From positions 310,001 through 374,000 of IMG/VR virus record IMGVR_UViG_3300046616_000314: a stretch of 64,000 nucleotides of DNA. One strand, given 5' to 3'. Below are positions 8,211 to 17,608 of this stretch, one piece after another (the first letter of the stretch is position 1; the number at the start of each line of letters is the position of its first letter). The translations under genes and the position numbers were made by a program. The notes beneath the pieces are model-generated. The model was not told the origin of the DNA. It did not search any database and worked only from the letters and a program-made list of their open reading frames with translations.

Positions 8211-9107
8211 TTGATCAAGAAGCTTATGCTGGTTGCCGCCCTGGCGGTTACTGCGCTCACTTCGACCGCCTGTGGTCAGCGCATCGACTACAACGAAGCC
8301 GCCGTGGAAATCAAGGAATGGGGCTCGGGCGCCGGTGTCCAAGACACTGAAATCGGTACCGGTCGCTACTGGCGTCCGCCGTTCTCGGGCTACTACATCG
8401 TGAAGTTCCCGAAGCCGCTGCAAACCTACAAGTTCGACGGCGCCGATGGAAGCCAACCGTGCTTCCACTTCATCAACAAGGACAAGGTTGAAGTCACCGC
8501 CTGTCTGGCTCTGACTGCCGTGATCCAAGCCGACAAGGCTTCGAACATCGTCGGCAAGTACCAAGGCGCCATCAGCAAGGGCGGCGGCTCGGACGGCTAC
8601 GTTCTGGACGACATCATTGATGGTCCGGTCGCTCGCGAAATTCAACAAGAGTTGAATTACACCGGCATCAACTACACCACCGAACAACTCTACAACGACG
8701 GTGGTCGCGCCCTGCTGGATCAAGTATCCGTCAAGGTGAAGACGATGTTCAACCCGGATGGCATCATGCTTCAGCAACTCATGTGGGCTAAGCCTCCGCG
8801 TCTGCCGGATGACATCGTTGGGTCCATCAAGGGTGCCCTGAAGGCTCAGACCGACGCCACCCGCGCCAATGCGGAACTGGCTAAGACTGTCGCCGAAGGC
8901 AACAAGCGTCGTGCCGACGCTGACGCCAACGCCTACGTCCTGCAAACGGAAGCGCGTGCTATCGCCGCCAATCCCGAAATTCTGGCTAAGCTGGAAATCG
9001 AGCGTTCGACGGGCATCTGTCCCCGTAACGCGGCGGTCTGTGTCGTGGGTGCTGACGCTCCTGCGGTGCTGAATGCGCTGGGTACGCGCCGCAAGCAAGA
9101 AGACTAA
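8211..9107 (+). CDS. SPFH/band-7 domain lipoprotein
   Basis: Lipobox TSTAC; SPFH-like core; coiled-coil AEGNKRRADADANA; TTG start after AAGGA. Confidence 0.85.
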   Translation: MIKKLMLVAALAVTALTSTACGQRIDYNEAAVEIKEWGSGAGVQDTEIGTGRYWRPPFSGYYIVKFPKPLQTYKFDGADGSQPCFHFINKDKVEVTACLALTAVIQADKASNIVGKYQGAISKGGGSDGYVLDDIIDGPVAREIQQELNYTGINYTTEQLYNDGGRALLDQVSVKVKTMFNPDGIMLQQLMWAKPPRLPDDIVGSIKGALKAQTDATRANAELAKTVAEGNKRRADADANAYVLQTEARAIAANPEILAKLEIERSTGICPRNAAVCVVGADAPAVLNALGTRRKQED

Positions 9108-9127
9108 CGTCCTCTAGCTACGGTCTA

Positions 9128-9163
9128 GAAAGAGCCCCCGTGAGCAATCGCGGGGGCTTTTTT
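9128..9163 (+). terminator. intrinsic terminator
   Basis: AGCCCCCG...CGGGGGCT-TTTTT. Confidence 0.85.
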
Positions 9164-9223
9164 GTGTCTTGATTTTTTAATGATTGCGTGTATACTTCCG
9201 AAATTACTATGCGGAGATTTGTT

Positions 9224-9553
9224 ATGCCCGAATTTCGAGCCAGCGATATCAGGACCACGAATTATTCTCACGCTTTCCAAGCGTCGATGTTCGCTGACAA
9301 AACCGAATGGACGAAAGCCAAGAGTGGCAAGGATTTCGCTCGAAAGTTTTTCGAAAAGAATCCCGATCTTTTGGAAGACCCTCGGACGTGGCAAGCCGGT
9401 CTCGGCGTCCAATTCGAAGAAGGTAAGTGGTCCTATTACCACCCTGGCGAATTCGGCTATATGATGCCCGACACGATTCGGGCTACGTTCTCGCCAGAAG
9501 TTTTGGCGGCGATGCAAAAGCTTCAGGACTTCGGTCAACCGCATGGTCTCTAA
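9224..9553 (+). CDS. hypothetical protein
   Basis: GGAG RBS; TTGATT-N17-TATACT promoter upstream. Confidence 0.65.
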   Translation: MPEFRASDIRTTNYSHAFQASMFADKTEWTKAKSGKDFARKFFEKNPDLLEDPRTWQAGLGVQFEEGKWSYYHPGEFGYMMPDTIRATFSPEVLAAMQKLQDFGQPHGL

Positions 9554-10559
9554 ACTCCTAACGCGCGAGCAATTCAGCGAGCAAGTGATTGGTCGTGCGA
9601 AGGGGAAGTGCGTCTTTTGTGGTGATCCGGCTACCGAAGCTCATCACATTATGGATCGCAAATTATTTAAGGATGGCGGATACTATCTCGATAACGGCGC
9701 GGCTGTCTGTAATACCTGCCATATGAAATGCGAAGACAACACATTCACAGTTGAAGAAGTCAGAAAAGCGGCGGGTATTACTGAAGTAATTCTTCCACTT
9801 GACTTTGACCCCGACTTACTATACGATAAGTGGGGTAATATCACACTTAGTGACGGAACAAGGGTCAAGGGACCGTTGTTTGAGGACACTGCGGTCCAAA
9901 AACTTTTGAAGAGGGAGCTTCGCATGTATGAACATCTTGTAAAGTATTCCTCGACTCCGCATCTGCCTCAGTCGCGGACGCGCACGGAAGACGACAAGGT
10001 TCTCAAGACCATCGAACATCTGTTGAAGTTCAATGGTGTTGCGACTGAAAAAATGGATGGCGAGAATGCCTCGCTGTACAACCATCACTATCACGCACGG
10101 TCGCTTGATAGTCGTCACCACGTGTCGCGTGATTGGATCAAGTCGTTCTGGGCAACCATCAAGGAAGACATTCCGGTGGGTTGGCGCGTGTGCGGCGAAA
10201 ATCTGTTCGCAGAGCATTCCATTGGTTACAACGACCTTCCGAGCTATTTCCTCGGATTTTCGGTGTGGACCGACAAGAACGAATGTTTGGGCTGGGATGA
10301 TAGCCTGGAATGGTTCGACCTTCTGGGCGTCACTCCGGTCCCGGTGCTGTATCGCGGTCCTATCTCTGAACAAGTCATCATGGACTTGATCAAGGGTATC
10401 GACATCACGGTTCAAGAGGGTTTCGTCCTTCGTAACGAAGGTTCGTTCCACTACGACGATTTTGCTTCTAATGTTGCCAAGTGGGTGCGTCCTAAGCACG
10501 TGCAAACGGACCAACATTGGATGGCGAAGGATGTCGTGCCCAACGGGCTTAGGAAGTAA
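9543..10559 (+). CDS. HNH domain fused to ATP-dependent RNA ligase
   Basis: N-terminal CxxC...AHHI...NG..VCxxCH; C-terminal TEKMDGEN (motif I), GENL, EGFVLR, AKWVR. Confidence 0.85.
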   Translation: MVSKLLTREQFSEQVIGRAKGKCVFCGDPATEAHHIMDRKLFKDGGYYLDNGAAVCNTCHMKCEDNTFTVEEVRKAAGITEVILPLDFDPDLLYDKWGNITLSDGTRVKGPLFEDTAVQKLLKRELRMYEHLVKYSSTPHLPQSRTRTEDDKVLKTIEHLLKFNGVATEKMDGENASLYNHHYHARSLDSRHHVSRDWIKSFWATIKEDIPVGWRVCGENLFAEHSIGYNDLPSYFLGFSVWTDKNECLGWDDSLEWFDLLGVTPVPVLYRGPISEQVIMDLIKGIDITVQEGFVLRNEGSFHYDDFASNVAKWVRPKHVQTDQHWMAKDVVPNGLRK

Positions 10560-10560
10560 G

Positions 10561-11538
10561 ATGCGTGCAGTAATTTTTGACATTGATGGCACGCTAGCGA
10601 ACTGCGATCACCGGTTGCACTATCTAGACAATGGTCGCAACTGGGATGGCTTCTTCGGTGATATGCATCTGGACACGCCGATTGAGGCGGTGGCTTGGCT
10701 TGCCCAATTCATCGCCTCAAACGCGCGTGCTGGCGCCTTTGACACCGATATGAAGGGCATCATGCGCGACGACCACGTTGCCGTGCTCGTTGTCACCGCG
10801 CGCCCCGATGACAAGGATTATCGCGCCGTCACTGAAAAGTGGCTGGCTGACCATGACATCGTGTACGATAAAATTTACATGCGTGCCGGTGGAGACTATC
10901 GCCCTGACCAAATCGTCAAGGGCGAAATCCTTCAGCAAATCCTTGAAGATGGCTACGATCCCTTCTTGGTGGTCGATGACCGTCCGCAAGTGGTGGATAT
11001 GTGGCGTAGCTTCGGCATCACCACGTTCCAATGTGCGGCTGATGAGAGCAAGCGTTGCCGCCCCGAAGATCAAGGCAAGCTGCTTCTGACGATGCTGGTT
11101 GGTCCCGCGTGTGCGGGTAAGAGCACCTATTGCAAGAAACACTTCAAGGCGGATGACATCATTTCGACTGATGACATTCGGGTGCAACTGTACGGGGATC
11201 GTTCAAAAGGGCATAATCCCGATGAGCTTGCGCGCACGTGGAAGTATGCTCACTCGCTGATCAAGGCACGGTTGGAGAATGGCGTATACACGGTTCTGGA
11301 CGCCACGAACCTCAAGAAGAAAGATCGCCTCAAGGTTCTGGAATCGGTTCCTTCGGGCGTGTTGGTCGAGTACGTTGTGTTGGATCGCGATTATGATACG
11401 AAGATCGCGGAACGCGGTGTGCGCTCTGTTGAACTGATTGATAAACACCATAAAACGTTTAAAAGCCAAATCAAAGAAATCCTGAATGCAGACGGGATGG
11501 GCTTTGTGATGGTGAAGGACGCGAGAGAAAAGAAATGA
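10561..11538 (+). CDS. polynucleotide 3'-phosphatase / 5'-kinase (PseT-like, reversed domain order)
   Basis: HAD FDIDGT...VTAR...DDRPQVVDMWR, then P-loop GPACAGKST...LDATN. Confidence 0.88.
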   Translation: MRAVIFDIDGTLANCDHRLHYLDNGRNWDGFFGDMHLDTPIEAVAWLAQFIASNARAGAFDTDMKGIMRDDHVAVLVVTARPDDKDYRAVTEKWLADHDIVYDKIYMRAGGDYRPDQIVKGEILQQILEDGYDPFLVVDDRPQVVDMWRSFGITTFQCAADESKRCRPEDQGKLLLTMLVGPACAGKSTYCKKHFKADDIISTDDIRVQLYGDRSKGHNPDELARTWKYAHSLIKARLENGVYTVLDATNLKKKDRLKVLESVPSGVLVEYVVLDRDYDTKIAERGVRSVELIDKHHKTFKSQIKEILNADGMGFVMVKDAREKK

Positions 11539-11852
11539 AATATTATGCGTTGCCACTAAACGGAGAGTATGACACCCGACTGTCTTACGACCAATCGGGT
11601 TTGCAATCCGTTGAGTGGCGAGATTATGCGGGTCAGTTCACACTTGAACTGACTTTGACTGAATTTTTGAATCAATATCAAAGCATTGCTGGTTGGATGG
11701 ACCGTAATGGTTTCACCGATGCTGACTTTGATGCGATTCTAGAAGTGTCCGAGAACAACCGGAGCGAAACTTGCGTTCTGGTCGCCTTCTTGGATTCGGA
11801 TCAACGTATGCTGTTCAAGATGAAGTACGGCGGCAATTTTTGGATGACTTAA
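11535..11852 (+). CDS. FKLKW-family small protein
   Basis: GWMDRNG ... VAFLDSDQRMLFKMKYG. Confidence 0.7.
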   Translation: MKYYALPLNGEYDTRLSYDQSGLQSVEWRDYAGQFTLELTLTEFLNQYQSIAGWMDRNGFTDADFDAILEVSENNRSETCVLVAFLDSDQRMLFKMKYGGNFWMT

Positions 11853-12209
11853 ATGCTATTTGATGAAGCTACGGCAAACAAAATTTGTGATCTTCTGATG
11901 CCCCTGGTCGATAACGAACACGGCATGGGCGTGCTGCAAAAGGGTTTGGGGTTCACCGTGACCCCCGAATTCCTTGAAGCCATGATGCAAGCTGACAGCT
12001 TTTGCTCTGGCTTTGTTCTATCGAGCATTGTTCCGCGTGAGCAAGCCGAAGAAGTATATAACGAGAATCTTCGTTTGAGCCTTGAAAAGGCTGATGACGA
12101 ACACAACTCGACATATGGTCCAAATACCCCGGCTCATATCGTCATGGCGCAAATCAAAGAGCGTCATAAGGACAAGTATCCCAACATGAAGTGGGGCGAC
12201 GAAGATTAG
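11853..12209 (+). CDS. hypothetical protein
   Basis: ORF contiguous with upstream gene. Confidence 0.6.
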   Translation: MLFDEATANKICDLLMPLVDNEHGMGVLQKGLGFTVTPEFLEAMMQADSFCSGFVLSSIVPREQAEEVYNENLRLSLEKADDEHNSTYGPNTPAHIVMAQIKERHKDKYPNMKWGDED

Positions 12210-12273
12210 TGCTTGACACACTAAGTAATTAGTGTACTATGCTGTTATTGATTAGCAGCATAGGCAACCGCAC

Positions 12274-12603
12274 ATGACCCGCAAGACTTTCGCTCTCGCC
12301 GCTGTCGCCGTTCTGGCTGCTGCCGCCGCCGCTGCTGGTGGTGCGATCACCGTCAATAAGTATGTCGAAGCCCGCGTGGCTGTCGCCACGAAGATCGGCT
12401 ACTACGACGGTTATTATGCCCACGACGGCTACGACATGATGAAGTCGGTTGGTCAACTGTGTGACGCGGCTGTCAAGCTTCATGTTAAGCGCGGCGAGAA
12501 TAAGGAAGCCGAAGCTCTTTTCGTGGAATGCCCGACCTATTACGCCAAGGCGGAAGATTTCAAGCCGAAGACCGATGCGTTCGGCAACGCTCTGAAGAAA
12601 TAA
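12274..12603 (+). CDS. hypothetical exported protein
   Basis: Ala-rich signal peptide; TTGACA promoter at 12213. Confidence 0.65.
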   Translation: MTRKTFALAAVAVLAAAAAAAGGAITVNKYVEARVAVATKIGYYDGYYAHDGYDMMKSVGQLCDAAVKLHVKRGENKEAEALFVECPTYYAKAEDFKPKTDAFGNALKK

Positions 12604-12645
12604 ACTGCGGACTCTTTGCCGAATTAACTGCCAATAAATATTGGC

Positions 12646-13017
12646 ATGAAATTCAATGGCGACGCCCTTCTTAAGTTCCTCAAAGCCCTCCCGGCAATCT
12701 CTTTCGCGATTATGCTGGGTGCTGGCGTTGTGGCGACTTGCTTTGCCATCTGGTATACCTACATTATTGCGTATCGTACGTGGCCCGAAAGTGCCGTTCC
12801 TCAACAATTGGGAGCCGTTACTATCGGTCTGTACATTTCGCTTGGTTTGATTGGTGCAGTTCTGTTTGTCCTGGCATTCGGCAAGATCGATAGTCTTAAG
12901 ATCACAACGGCTACCGGCATCGGTGGAGAAATCGACTTTGATGAAGATCACAGTGCGGCTCCCCAAGTTGTGACCACAACGACAACAACTGTTGCTCCTA
13001 CGCCACCAACCGTATAA
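12646..13017 (+). CDS. late membrane protein (two TM helices)
   Basis: TAAATA 5 nt before ATG; two hydrophobic helices. Confidence 0.65.
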   Translation: MKFNGDALLKFLKALPAISFAIMLGAGVVATCFAIWYTYIIAYRTWPESAVPQQLGAVTIGLYISLGLIGAVLFVLAFGKIDSLKITTATGIGGEIDFDEDHSAAPQVVTTTTTTVAPTPPTV

Positions 13018-13018
13018 T

Positions 13019-13047
13019 TTGACTTAGCCTAAGCGGCGCCATATAAT
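13019..13047 (+). promoter_or_regulatory. sigma70-type promoter (leaderless)
   Basis: TTGACT-N17-TATAAT, 6 nt before ATG 13054. Confidence 0.8.
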
Positions 13048-13053
13048 GCGCCC

Positions 13054-13746
13054 ATGGTTGATATTCTTTTCCTTGCTAGAGAGTGGGCGTCGATTCATCG
13101 CGCCGAAGAAATCCGTCCGAGTTGGATGGAATTCTTCAGAATTTTGTGGGCATATTCAAGCAAGGGTCGTTTCTATCACACCCTTAAGCATCTAGAGCAT
13201 GGCTTGCGCTTTATTGCGAACAACCATGCCAATGCCCGCGCAGTTCACATTGCCAAACTGGCATATTTTTATCATGACATCGTGTACAACGCCACGCGCG
13301 AGGATCACACGAACGAAGAAGATAGCGCAGAGGCGTTCATCGCCTATACACGCGCCGTTGGGTTCTCTTCGGATACCATCACGCATGGTGTCGCTCTGAT
13401 TTACGCGACGAAGAATCATTTCGCAGATCATTTCTCCAATCGTGCGGATGGCGGCTATTTGATTCAGTCGCTTTGGGCAATCATGAGCGACGCTGACCTG
13501 TGTATCCTGGCGTCAAACGAAGAAACCTATCTGGGCTATGCCACCAAAATTTGGCATGAGTATAAGATCGTTGGCGAAGAAAAATATATCGAAGGTCGCC
13601 TAAATTTCCTTCGCAAGGTCGCGGATAACAACGTCAAAATTTTCAAGACGCCTAAGATGATTGAGCATTTCGAACAGAAAGCTCACATGAATCTGGTGAA
13701 TGAAATTTCACGCCTGACCGTGATCCCACATTCAATCATCAAATGA
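13054..13746 (+). CDS. HD-superfamily metal-dependent phosphohydrolase
   Basis: RFYHTLKH, YFYHDIVY, NEEDSA, DADLCIL. Confidence 0.85.
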   Translation: MVDILFLAREWASIHRAEEIRPSWMEFFRILWAYSSKGRFYHTLKHLEHGLRFIANNHANARAVHIAKLAYFYHDIVYNATREDHTNEEDSAEAFIAYTRAVGFSSDTITHGVALIYATKNHFADHFSNRADGGYLIQSLWAIMSDADLCILASNEETYLGYATKIWHEYKIVGEEKYIEGRLNFLRKVADNNVKIFKTPKMIEHFEQKAHMNLVNEISRLTVIPHSIIK

Positions 13747-14009
13747 GATACGGTGCGCCTGTCCCGAATGAGTATATTCAATATACTTGGGCGGATGATG
13801 ATGAGCGATACTATCAAGGTATCGAAGATAAGGAACAGGTGAAGGAAGAACTTTACGATTGGTGCGATGACAATCTCGCTGATCCATACAAATTTTCTCT
13901 GGACCTAACGGGGTACTACCCTGGTGGGGCAATGGTATGGAAGTTAGTCACCGATAACGAGGATGACGCCACGTTTTTCATGATGAAGTGGGGCGGGCTT
14001 AATCCTTAG
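13743..14009 (+). CDS. FKLKW-family small protein
   Basis: DWCDDNL ... NEDDATFFMMKWG; ATGA overlap with upstream stop. Confidence 0.75.
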   Translation: MRYGAPVPNEYIQYTWADDDERYYQGIEDKEQVKEELYDWCDDNLADPYKFSLDLTGYYPGGAMVWKLVTDNEDDATFFMMKWGGLNP

Positions 14010-14706
14010 CCCAACGTGATTTCATGACTTCGGGTTGTTGCGTAAAATTCCCGGTCTCTTGGTTATACCATCCTGCAAATTTTGGATGGCTGGTCAGGAA
14101 TTCCAATTCTTCATCTTTCAACGGGAATGAGCCGTATGGACCATTCATCGAACTGATATAGATAGCGATCAGAAATTGATCCAAAGGCTTTACGGCGCCT
14201 TCCGCCGCTTTGAAACGTTCCCATTCGTCGCCCATGACCCGGCGGCGCAACGGGTTCGGGTTTTCGCTATCTTTCTCGTCGTCCTCGCCGTTGTATTTGT
14301 CGAGGGTTGACTTGGTGACTACGAATTCTTCGCGTTCATTTTTGTGATGATTCCCGCTGGGGATGCTGTAACCCCAATTGAATGGAATGATTTTATAGCG
14401 TTGAGCGATTTTGGCTTGATCTAGTTTGATCATGACATCGCCCCACTTCATAGCGAAGTGAGGATCGCGGGTAAGTGAGATACCTTTCATCCAATAGGAA
14501 TCTTCATATTCGGGATCATTGTCTTTGCGACGCTTGCCATCAGCCCAAAAGCGTTGGGTGGTAGTCCCGCCCATTTCGTTCTTGTTTAGGGCTGCAATAG
14601 CCTTCCAAGCGTCTCGATAGCCATGCCAAAGAGCCGCGTCGCGACCTTCCATAATCATCACGTTCTCCGGTGTGATTCCTTCGACAATGTTCATCAAATC
14701 GCGCAT
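13999..14706 (-). CDS. late protein with putative ADP-ribosyltransferase-like motifs
   Basis: LWHG ... ISLTRD ... EREE; N-terminal MRDLMNIVE; late promoter. Confidence 0.55.
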   Translation of the reverse strand: MRDLMNIVEGITPENVMIMEGRDAALWHGYRDAWKAIAALNKNEMGGTTTQRFWADGKRRKDNDPEYEDSYWMKGISLTRDPHFAMKWGDVMIKLDQAKIAQRYKIIPFNWGYSIPSGNHHKNEREEFVVTKSTLDKYNGEDDEKDSENPNPLRRRVMGDEWERFKAAEGAVKPLDQFLIAIYISSMNGPYGSFPLKDEELEFLTSHPKFAGWYNQETGNFTQQPEVMKSRWAKD

Positions 14707-14711
14707 TGAAA

Positions 14712-14728
14712 TATTTATCCACTAAATA
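14712..14728. promoter_or_regulatory. back-to-back late promoters (TAAATA on each strand)
   Basis: TATTTA 14712-14717 and TAAATA 14723-14728, each 5 nt from an ATG. Confidence 0.7.
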
Positions 14729-14733
14729 CTTTC

Positions 14734-15114
14734 ATGGACATTCCCGGTTTCGACCCAAAAGTATTCACTGATCAGCAATTACTCGACAAAGAAACCGAGT
14801 TGCATAAGCGTATCGCCTATGCCGCTCGCTTCGCGGGGGCTGATACTATTCAACAATTTCAAAATTTCCTACAGGCGATTGCGACCGAACGAATGGAACG
14901 CCTAGTTCATTCAACATGGGAAATGCGTCAAAAGATGTTCCCAGATGTTATTGAGTCTGATCCCGACATGATTGAGAAAAAAGATAGTGAAATTGAGACC
15001 AAAGATGCGGTAAGATCAGGGCGTAGAGTTGGTAGAGACCGCCTTGGAACCAAGGTGATTATGGAAAAATCTTCAACCCCTACGACTAATTTGATTACAC
15101 CAAATAAAAAGTAA
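14734..15114 (+). CDS. hypothetical late protein
   Basis: ORF after TAAATA. Confidence 0.65.
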   Translation: MDIPGFDPKVFTDQQLLDKETELHKRIAYAARFAGADTIQQFQNFLQAIATERMERLVHSTWEMRQKMFPDVIESDPDMIEKKDSEIETKDAVRSGRRVGRDRLGTKVIMEKSSTPTTNLITPNKK

Positions 15115-15124
15115 GGTATTTTTC

Positions 15125-15823
15125 ATGGGTGATGAAGATGAACTGCCCGGCGTATATACTACATATAATTTTGAACTAAAATTAATTCGCTGTCTTGAAA
15201 ACATGCTGGTTCCAACCACGCTAAAGGTCGCGGCTGAATTCATTGCTATAGAAGATGCCGATGAGGACGATATTGATTTCGCCTTCACCAAAATTCGCTA
15301 TTGGCTGGATTACGTTGTTTCCAAGAGCGTTGTTTTCTCACACGACAATTCGTCCGCAATCGAAATGTTTATTGACGAATCCACCAATTCTCGGCTGGGT
15401 AACGTCATGGTGCTAACGCCCGAAGAACCGGACGATCAGCATCTTGCGGCAATCCTCCAAGCCAAGCTTACGGCACTGGCGGGCGGTAGTCTGATTTTTG
15501 GTCCGATGGAACTGACATCGGATAACATCGTCGGCTTGACGTTTACGTTCATTGGCGATTCGAGTGCCGTTCTTCCGTCTAACGAAGAGTGGGCTGGTAC
15601 ACGAACCTATTTCGATGAACCTTGGTGGAACCGCGATGATGGTTCGACCCTGGACGTGCTTCCACCGGAAGATGCCGATCTGAGCATCAAGCCTAGCTGG
15701 GCGTTCAATTTCGATTTCCTAAAGAAAAATCGACAGAACCCGACCAAGGCTGGTATGATCGTCAGACCTGAATTTAAGCCGACCGTCATCACGGGTGGCA
15801 AGACCGAAGATAAAGATGATTGA
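15125..15823 (+). CDS. hypothetical protein
   Basis: 232-aa acidic ORF. Confidence 0.75.
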   Translation: MGDEDELPGVYTTYNFELKLIRCLENMLVPTTLKVAAEFIAIEDADEDDIDFAFTKIRYWLDYVVSKSVVFSHDNSSAIEMFIDESTNSRLGNVMVLTPEEPDDQHLAAILQAKLTALAGGSLIFGPMELTSDNIVGLTFTFIGDSSAVLPSNEEWAGTRTYFDEPWWNRDDGSTLDVLPPEDADLSIKPSWAFNFDFLKKNRQNPTKAGMIVRPEFKPTVITGGKTEDKDD

Positions 15824-16349
15824 TAACGTAACACGCAAGGTCGATGCTTGGGGTCGAATTATTGTCGATTCCAGTGCTCTTGTTGATCTCATTTACGATG
15901 GCGTCGATATCACTACTCTTCTCGTTGAGAGTAATGAAGAGACTGCTGCGTTCAATGATCTATGCAAGAAATTCGACAAAGCGGATAGCGTTCTCAGAAC
16001 ACCGGAACCGCTGGACATTGATCCAGCGGATTTCCACGCCGAAAAATCGTCTACATGGGCTATATCCAAGGATATACAGGAACTAGACGTTCGGTCGCTA
16101 TTGCTGTCTCTGTGCTCATCTGAGACGGCTACAGCACGTGTTAATATGGAAATGGATATGTTTGAAGAAAGAGGTTTGATCCCCTTGCTTCAACTCATGG
16201 TCTATCTGGTTGACCATTTCAGACAGAATAAAATCGTGTGGGGCGTCGGGCGCGGTAGTTCGGTTTCGAGCTATTGCCTGTATCTGATCGGCGTCCACAA
16301 AATCGACAGCATCCAATACGACTTGGATATCAACGATTTCTTGAAGTAG
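15816..16349 (+). CDS. DNA polymerase III alpha-subunit fragment
   Basis: RVNMEM..F, VWGVGRGSSVSS..LYLIGVHKID...YDL motif of DnaE. Confidence 0.85.
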   Translation: MIDNVTRKVDAWGRIIVDSSALVDLIYDGVDITTLLVESNEETAAFNDLCKKFDKADSVLRTPEPLDIDPADFHAEKSSTWAISKDIQELDVRSLLLSLCSSETATARVNMEMDMFEERGLIPLLQLMVYLVDHFRQNKIVWGVGRGSSVSSYCLYLIGVHKIDSIQYDLDINDFLK

Positions 16350-16674
16350 CGTTTCTGACGCCAGCCAAGAGGCTGAACTTAGAACCACTGGCGCCTTGAA
16401 TGATAGACCGGCGCATTTTCTCAAATTCTGCCAGTTCTTCAAGGGACAGGACTTCGCCACCGAACTTGATTCGGAACACGGCTGCGTCCTCGGCATTCTC
16501 GAAATAATAATCCGAGAAGTAGGCGTGATGGTGGGCAGACCAATTGCCCTGGCGACCATTCGCCTTGATGAACTTGTAATAGGTGCCGCGTTCTGGACCG
16601 TTTTCGGTCCATTCCCGAGCAACCCGCACGATATGCGGAGCGGCGATATGCTTATAATCGACATACTTACCCAT
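16330..16674 (-). CDS. FKLKW-family small protein
   Basis: GNW ... YYFENAEDAAVFRIKFG. Confidence 0.7.
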   Translation of the reverse strand: MGKYVDYKHIAAPHIVRVAREWTENGPERGTYYKFIKANGRQGNWSAHHHAYFSDYYFENAEDAAVFRIKFGGEVLSLEELAEFEKMRRSIIQGASGSKFSLLAGVRNATSRNR

Positions 16675-16886
16675 TACGGAATTTCCTTAATGCGATTGCC
16701 ACCATGCTTAAGAATGAAGAAAGTAGCATCTTCTTCATTTTCGAAATAGAAATACGAATGCCTCCGATGGCGAATACACCAATTACCCGTAAGGTTAAGG
16801 TCTTTCATCACAATCGAAAGATCACGCCTCCCCAAATCAATGAGGAAGGCGTTCTTTAGTTTAGAGTGGAGAACGTGATCTCCCAT
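16674..16886 (-). CDS. FKLKW-family small protein
   Basis: GNW ... FYFENEEDATFFILKHG. Confidence 0.7.
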   Translation of the reverse strand: MGDHVLHSKLKNAFLIDLGRRDLSIVMKDLNLTGNWCIRHRRHSYFYFENEEDATFFILKHGGNRIKEIP

Positions 16887-17497
16887 TAGTCTTCCGTCTT
16901 CGGAGCGTGCATGGCGCGAACCAGACGCATTTGATTCTTCAAGCTATGCTTGATGATTTCGTACGCGCGTTCCTGTTGCGGAAAGTTGCGTCGAGCTTGC
17001 TTCAGCATCGGAATGATATTTTCTTCCGCGAAATCGACATAGCTCAATTGCTTCGCTGGGGTGAACACGCCGACCATGGACGAGAAATTGTGATCGCGAT
17101 CAATGCCCTTGTCGAGGCTGGCGATAGGGTCATTGCTCATGCTGATGAACAATTCCTTCTCGTCGCGCTTCACACCGCGATATTCCTTCGTCATGTTCCA
17201 CACGGCGTTACCGGTCAGGTCGCCGAAGCGAGCGCGAAGGGTGGCGGGATCAACGTCGTAATCCTCGCTCACGTCGTGCAGGAGAGCCGTGCTGATGGTT
17301 TCTTCCGGGTGCATCAGATCGGGCAGAGCCCGCGCCAGATGCGCGATGCTGACCTGATGTTCGAATTCGGGCGTCACGCCATCCTTGCGAAAGCCGGTGT
17401 GCAGCGATTCGGCGAAATCCATGGCTTCCAGAGCCTTGTTGAAGCCCCGACCCAGGAGCCAATACCGAAGTGCAATACGGCGTTTTTCGAAGGACAT
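16886..17497 (-). CDS. RelA/SpoT-type HD hydrolase (small alarmone hydrolase-like)
   Basis: H.GFRKDG.TP...H, ALLHDVSED, K..DR.HN. Confidence 0.85.
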   Translation of the reverse strand: MSFEKRRIALRYWLLGRGFNKALEAMDFAESLHTGFRKDGVTPEFEHQVSIAHLARALPDLMHPEETISTALLHDVSEDYDVDPATLRARFGDLTGNAVWNMTKEYRGVKRDEKELFISMSNDPIASLDKGIDRDHNFSSMVGVFTPAKQLSYVDFAEENIIPMLKQARRNFPQQERAYEIIKHSLKNQMRLVRAMHAPKTED

Positions 17498-17608
17498 ATG
17501 AACAACCTTTCTGTCTACATAATTAGAGTAACACAGAAATATAGAGTTTCAACCAATATTATCCTAAAATGAGGATAAATAAGTATACAGAGAATGGAGA
17601 ATTAACAA

